From the human T2T-CHM13v2.0 reference genome, Homo sapiens: a DNA stretch of 64,000 nucleotides. Shown piece by piece: positions 1 through 64,000 of the stretch. The notes beneath the pieces were generated by a model that saw nothing but the letters and a program-made list of their open reading frames with translations, was not told the DNA's origin and searched no databases. Each line of letters begins with the position of its first letter. Position 1 is the stretch's first letter. The DNA lies in the NCBI RefSeq assembly GCF_009914755.1, contig NC_060932.1; one strand, written 5' to 3'. The position numbers and the translations under genes were made by a program.

Positions 1-24
1 CAGTAAACAGAAAGCATTTCATAC

Positions 25-48
25 CCATTATAGTTATATGAGCAGTTC
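25..48 (-). CDS. ANK1: ANK1 alternative 24-nt microexon after exon 22, encoding (G)TAHITIM(G)
   Basis: Minus strand reads ttgctttccag|GAACTGCTCATATAACTATAATGG|gtatga; phase 1-1, in frame with exon 22 which ends GAA G. Confidence 0.88.
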
Positions 49-344
49 CTGGAAAGCAAAGGAGAGCAGAATTGAAAGAAGGACCACATTGAAGGCAGTT
101 AAAGCGAGAGGCATATATTATCCAAAGGAGCACCAGAAGCTCTGCTTCTCTAGTTGACAAAGTTATACAACCATGAAATTATCCAGATGGAAGGGACCAC
201 TGAGCTGATCCAGCCCACCCCACTATTCAACATCCTCAGAGTTGAGGATCCTACTACTCAACATCCCCATCTAATTAGTGATGAAATAAGGTTTGCTGGG
301 GGTAGGAAAAATACTAGAAGCATTCTGTAGTTCATACAAGCTGA

Positions 345-735
<391 letters not shown>

Positions 736-1018
736 TAAAAGGCATGCTCACAGATTTTGAATAATCCACTTAGTATTCGTTCAAAGCACAAAGAAAGAAC
801 CAGGCAGAATTTTATTACAGTTCCTCATGGTGCGGAGACTTGATCTCAGTAGAACCACGCTCCGATTTCATACACATCCATAATCTATGCAAACATACAT
901 GTGTTTTTGAAACTTCATGGGATTTTAAATTTAGTCAATGTTCCCTCACCTAAGTATTAATAGAGCAGTATTTGTGATAGTAGACAACAGTTATAAAAAC
1001 CAGGTCTCCCCAGTTTCA

Positions 1019-57908
<56,890 letters not shown>

Positions 57909-57934
57909 TCACACCCAGGCCTCCCTTCCTTTGG

Positions 57935-58631
<697 letters not shown>

Positions 58632-58729
58632 TGTGTTTTTGTTAAGTAAACAAACAGCTATGTGCTGTCAAGTAAACAGCACATAGCACTTACTATGTGC
58701 TAAGAGCCATTATTAGCACTTTACATATA

Positions 58730-59361
<632 letters not shown>

Positions 59362-59791
59362 TAATATATATTCACACACATGCACACGCACAGATAAGCA
59401 TTTTATCCTCATTTGGAATACCCAAGAGGTAAGTGGGATTGCAGAGTCCCATTTTACAGATGAGTGGGCTGAGGCACAGAGAGCAGAAGTGCCTTGTGCA
59501 GCATCCCACAGCAGGGAGGAGGCACAGCCAGGACTCAGATGCAGGTAGTGTGGCTCAGAAATTCATGAGCCGAACCTCCCAGCTCTGCAGCCAGCTCGGT
59601 CTCAGCTTTAACACCAGGCGCCCCCCAACAGATTTCTTAAATGAGAGTGAAGCTCTTCTGTTCCTTAGCTGCTGCTACGTCACCCACCCCATGCATCTCA
59701 GACCTTGCCCCCAGGAACATCTGTTTCCTTTAAAGATGAGTGACAGCCAGAGAGGGTGAGAGCTGAGGACAATAAAATAAAGTTTACTAAT

Positions 59792-60156
59792 TGATATGGT
59801 TTGGCTGTGTCACCACCCAAATCTCATCTTGAATTGTAGCTCCCATAATTCCCACGTGCCCTGGGAGGGATCTGGTGGGAGGTACTTGAATCATGGGGGC
59901 TGGTTTTTCCCATGCTGTTCTCATGAAAGTGAATAAGTCTCATGAGATCTGATAGTTTTAAAAAGAAGAGACCCCCCTGCACATACTCTCTTGCCTGCTG
60001 CCATGTAAGACATGCCTTTGCTCTTCCTTCATCTTCTGCCATGATTGTAAGGCCTCCCCAGCCACGTTGGACTGTGAGTCCATTAAACCTCTTTCCTTTA
60101 TAAATTACCCAGTCTCGGGTACATCTTTATTAGCAGTGTGAGAACAGACTAATACA
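59792..60156 (+). mobile_element. THE1-type MaLR solo LTR
   Basis: tgatatggtttggctgtgtc..cacccaaatctcatcttgaattgtagctccc ... agcagtgtgagaacagactaataca. Confidence 0.9.
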
Positions 60157-60526
60157 CTCACAAAGACAAATGTAATGATTAAAGCCCAGTCCTCAGGCAT
60201 TGGAGTCCGTGGCCTAGACTCAGAGCCACTCCACTGGGTCTAGCTGAGTGCCCTCAGGTACTTAGACACCGTTGGCTTCTATTTCCTTATTTGTAAGCTG
60301 GGGAGAATAAAGCCTTTCTTGTCCCCTTTTCATGATGCTTAAAAGAAATAAACAGTGTTTGGCACATAGTTGCATACAAGGCTGAGTTGAAAGGGTGAGA
60401 GTGGTCATATGACAAGCCACACATGGGAGAAGCGTGTGACGCCATTCCCACAGAAGACCCACAGTGGCTTCCTCTCCACCCAGGCACTTTGTCTCCTTCC
60501 TCTACATGCCCTCCTAAAAAAAACAT

Positions 60527-61228
60527 GCTGCAGTGGGCTGAATGGTGCCCCCCAAAAGATATGTCCACACTCTTATCCCTGGAACCTGTGAAGGTGACCT
60601 TATTTGAAAAAAAAGTCTTTGTAGATGTAATTAAGTCATGGATCTTGAGACGAGATCATCCTAGATTACCTAGGCTGGCCCTAAATTCAATGACAAGTGT
60701 CCTTAGAAAAGACAGAAAAGGAGAAGACACACATGCACACACACACACACACATGCATGCACATATATGTGTATGCACACATGCACACACACAGATTCAC
60801 ACACACACACAGATGTGTGCACACAAATCTACACATACACACCCATACACAGACGTGTGTGCACACACATGCACACCAAGAGATGCATATACACACACGC
60901 ACACACATGCACAGATACACACACATGCACACATACACATGCACATACAGAGACCTGTGTGCACACACACACACACATGTTCACACACATGTATACACAC
61001 ACACAGAGGTGAAACTATGTGAAGACAGAGCCAGAGACTGGAGTGACTTTAGCCATGCACAAGGAAGCAAGGAACCTCTGGGAGGTGGAGGCTCATAGAA
61101 GAAGGCCCTGAAGCCCTGGAGGGAGTGTGTCCCTGTGGAGGCCTTAATTTAGATCTCCAGCCTCCAGACAGCGAGAGAACACATTTCCGTAGTGTCAAGC
61201 CACTAAGTGTGTGGCGATTTGTTACAGC
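60527..61228 (+). mobile_element. MLT1-type MaLR LTR containing a long CA-rich tract
   Basis: gggctgaatggtgcccccc...gtgaccttatttg...aagccactaagtgtgtgg.gatttgttacagca. Confidence 0.8.
60727..61004. repeat. Imperfect (CA)n tract of about 280 bp
   Basis: Direct reading. Confidence 0.95.
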
Positions 61229-61518
61229 AACCATGGGAAACTCATGCACACACTAGTGATGACCACCCTTGAACACCCTTGAACACAGAAGACTCCAAAT
61301 CTACAGCCGAAGACCAAATGGAACTCTCATCCTCCTCCACAAAGCAGCGCTTCACGTCTTCACCACTGAAACAGGGAGTCCCTAGGGCATCAGCAGTAGG
61401 GTTCTCCAGCCTTCCAGACAGGGGGTCCTCCCTCCACACTCAGGTGCTGCCCCACACCACCTCCCAGCCCCCACCCACAACCCCAGGCCTGCAGAAATGC
61501 TGCTTCCTCGCTCTGCCT

Positions 61519-61574
61519 CCCAGCCAACCTCCTCCATCCCTGCCTCACCCAGCCAACCTCCTCCATCCCTGCCT
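61519..61574. repeat. 29-bp tandem duplication
   Basis: cccagccaacctcctccatccctgcct(ca) twice. Confidence 0.9.
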
Positions 61575-62525
61575 AACTGGTCTTCCCCAAATCCTGACTT
61601 CCTGCCAACCCTCCCCAACCTCAGGTCCCACATGGGCCCCCTATGATGTAAGCTCAAGTTCAAGTCCAAGCCCTGTGGCTGTCTGTTCATGAGGCACACT
61701 CATCTCGCTGTCCCCACAGCGGCAGGAGCCCCTTCTCACCTCCCTTGTCCTCTGTGACATTCTCATGCTCTGTCTACCTCCTGGCCTGCACCTTCCTCCT
61801 CCCTGGGCCCTGAAGCTCCATCTCCCTCTGGTTTGCTACTTCCAATCTTTCTTCCCTTCAAGGCCCTGATGGTGGCTACTTCCTGCATGAATGACACTAT
61901 GCTTAGACACTCAGTATTTGCCATCTTTAAATCTAGGAACCACAAAACAGGAGCTTGTTTTTTTTTTAATGCACTTAAAATATCTCTTTCTCTAGCTATT
62001 GAATTCAGGCAAGTCTTGTCTCCCCAGCCAAACTGTTTGCTTCTTGGGGCAGGGACCAAGTCTTCTATCTCTTTTGAATCCTCCAAAGCATTAAGTGTCT
62101 GCTAGGGCGAGGCCTCCCTTGACCTAAAGCACATGGCATTCACATCCTAGGTTCCTCAGCAAGGCATCTGTGGGGCAGGAAATATTTCAGAAATGAAGAT
62201 CAAGCTGTTGGCTCTCCAGGCATGAGCTGGGTTTCCAGAGAAAACCCAGTCAAGGTTTAGTCTCTCAGATAAATGTTACTTATGCTACTGATTCAGAAAG
62301 TCTGTCTAGATTCAGTTATTAGGAAAAACACTATATTATTCCCCAAGAATAAGAATGTTAAAGAGACATTTCTCCCACCAATTAACTACCGTTTATGGCA
62401 CAATAATAGGATTCAGGCTGAAAACCTGAGAATGGGTGGATAAAAATAGACTCAATATCCACTAATGACACTGACTGCTCAAAGCACTGAATCCAGGAAG
62501 AAAAGAAGAATATTTATGACAAACT

Positions 62526-62817
62526 GGCAGGGCGTGGTGGTTCCTGTAATCTCAGCACTTTGGGAGGCCAAGGCAGATGGATCACTTGAGGCCAGGAATT
62601 AGAGACCAGCCTGGTCAACATGGTGAAACCACATCTCTATTAAAAATAGAAAAAGTAGCCGGGCATGGTGGTGCATGCCTGTAATCCCAGTTACTTGGGA
62701 GGGTGAGGCAGAAGAATCACTTGGACCTGGGAGGCAGTTTGCAGTGAGCTGAGATTGCGGCACTGCACTCCAGCCTGGGCAACAGAGAGAGACTCTGTCT
62801 CAAAAAAAAAAAAAAAA
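62526..62817 (+). mobile_element. Alu (S-type) with TSD atttatgaca
   Basis: Alu consensus. Confidence 0.9.
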
Positions 62818-62949
62818 TTTATGACAGACAAGCACATAAATAGAGGGTAAGGGAAGCTCCATATGGACTAGATTGAGGAAAGCTAAACCATTTCTGTTGT
62901 TGCCATAATAGAATACTAAAATTATAATACCAACCATTGGGACAAATGT

Positions 62950-63130
62950 ATTACCAGCATTATATCTTTTAATTCTTATAACAACCTGTGGGTAGGTATA
63001 ATTATTATCCCCATTTTAGAGGTGATGAAACTGAGGTTTTGAGAGGTTAATAACTTGCCCAAGTTCTGCAGATAAATACTTGGGGTGATTCAATCCAGGG
63101 GTACCCCACTGAAGTCTATGCCTTTCCACT
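62950..63130. mobile_element. MIR fragment
   Basis: attattatccccattttaga.gtga.gaaactgagg...gaggttaa.taacttgcccaag core. Confidence 0.8.
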
Positions 63131-63467
63131 GCCCTTGACCCCAAGGGCGTTCTTGGCCATTTCAAGCCTGAGGGTGTTCAGGCAGCCCTGACAGGCTGGC
63201 GGCTGGGCAGGCCTATATGCCTCGGCCGTTAAAGAGCTAATCCATGGCAGAGGAAAAATGCTAGGAGGTCCCACTCAGGCTCTGTCCCTGAGCACTCTAT
63301 TCAGACCAAGACAGGTCTCTAGAAGGGAACCATCTAGTTCCAGCCCTTCTTGTCACTGAGGATAAAATTGAGGCCCAGGGAAGTAAAGTGACCAGCTAAG
63401 GTCACCTAGATAGTTAGCAGTGAAGTGCAATTGCTAAAGCTTTTTATTTCTTTCTTTTTTCTTTTTT

Positions 63468-63498
<31 letters not shown>

Positions 63499-64000
63499 GG
63501 TCTTCTCCAGGCATAGAGTAGTCAGGACTCTGCAGGATCCTCAGGGCATCTGGGAGGTGAACTGCAGATAATGATGCCACTCCCAGTAGCAACTACACAT
63601 CATTCAGTTTAATTCCACAATGTATTTACTGGGGTCCTATTTCAGGACCAATATCCTGCTAGGGCAAAGAGAGAATAATCACTCAGAATATAGATCCTTG
63701 CTCTCTTGATCTGAATAATCAAGCAATTGTGTTATAAAGCGGTCATGTGCATGCATGCACCTGTGGATCCATTCCATGAGTATTCATTGAGAACCTCCTA
63801 GGGGCCAGGCAATATTTCAGCTACAGAGCAAATGGCCCTTGTTGGGATATGAGACTCATCTTTACCATTGTGTTCTGCTGAGCCCCTACTGCCCATCTGT
63901 GTAGTCCAACTGCTCCAATTCAATGACCTGTCCTCAGTACATCCAGCAAATGCAACAGGGCAGGAGGTGTGTCCAAAGAATCCAATGTGTTCCATTCAAA

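Noticed and set aside
60423-61098. His/Thr-rich and Cys/Val-rich ORFs
   Set aside because: They are translations of a (CA)n tract inside an MLT1 LTR.

Overview
Primate genomic DNA (human or a very close great ape) covering the N-terminal half of ANK1 (ankyrin-1/ankyrin-R) on the minus strand. Coding exons 2-22 (about c.28-c.2461; 2434 coding nt encoding the ankyrin-repeat membrane-binding domain and the start of the linker) can be placed at base resolution from GT/AG boundaries and translation. A 24-nt in-frame microexon lies at 25-48. The introns are dense with Alu, L1, L2, MIR, ERV1/MaLR LTR and DNA-transposon relics, and apart from the ANK1 exon segments the ORF track is repeat-derived or shadow noise. 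I see no evidence of a new multi-gene system. The best second-look items are the microexon, a 39-bp locally templated insertion inside an Alu, tandem Alus sharing one target-site duplication, CpG-hotspot cryptic acceptors, CTCF motifs around exon 22 and several motif clusters. Exon coordinates are exact. Repeat boundaries and subfamily calls were made by eye and are approximate.
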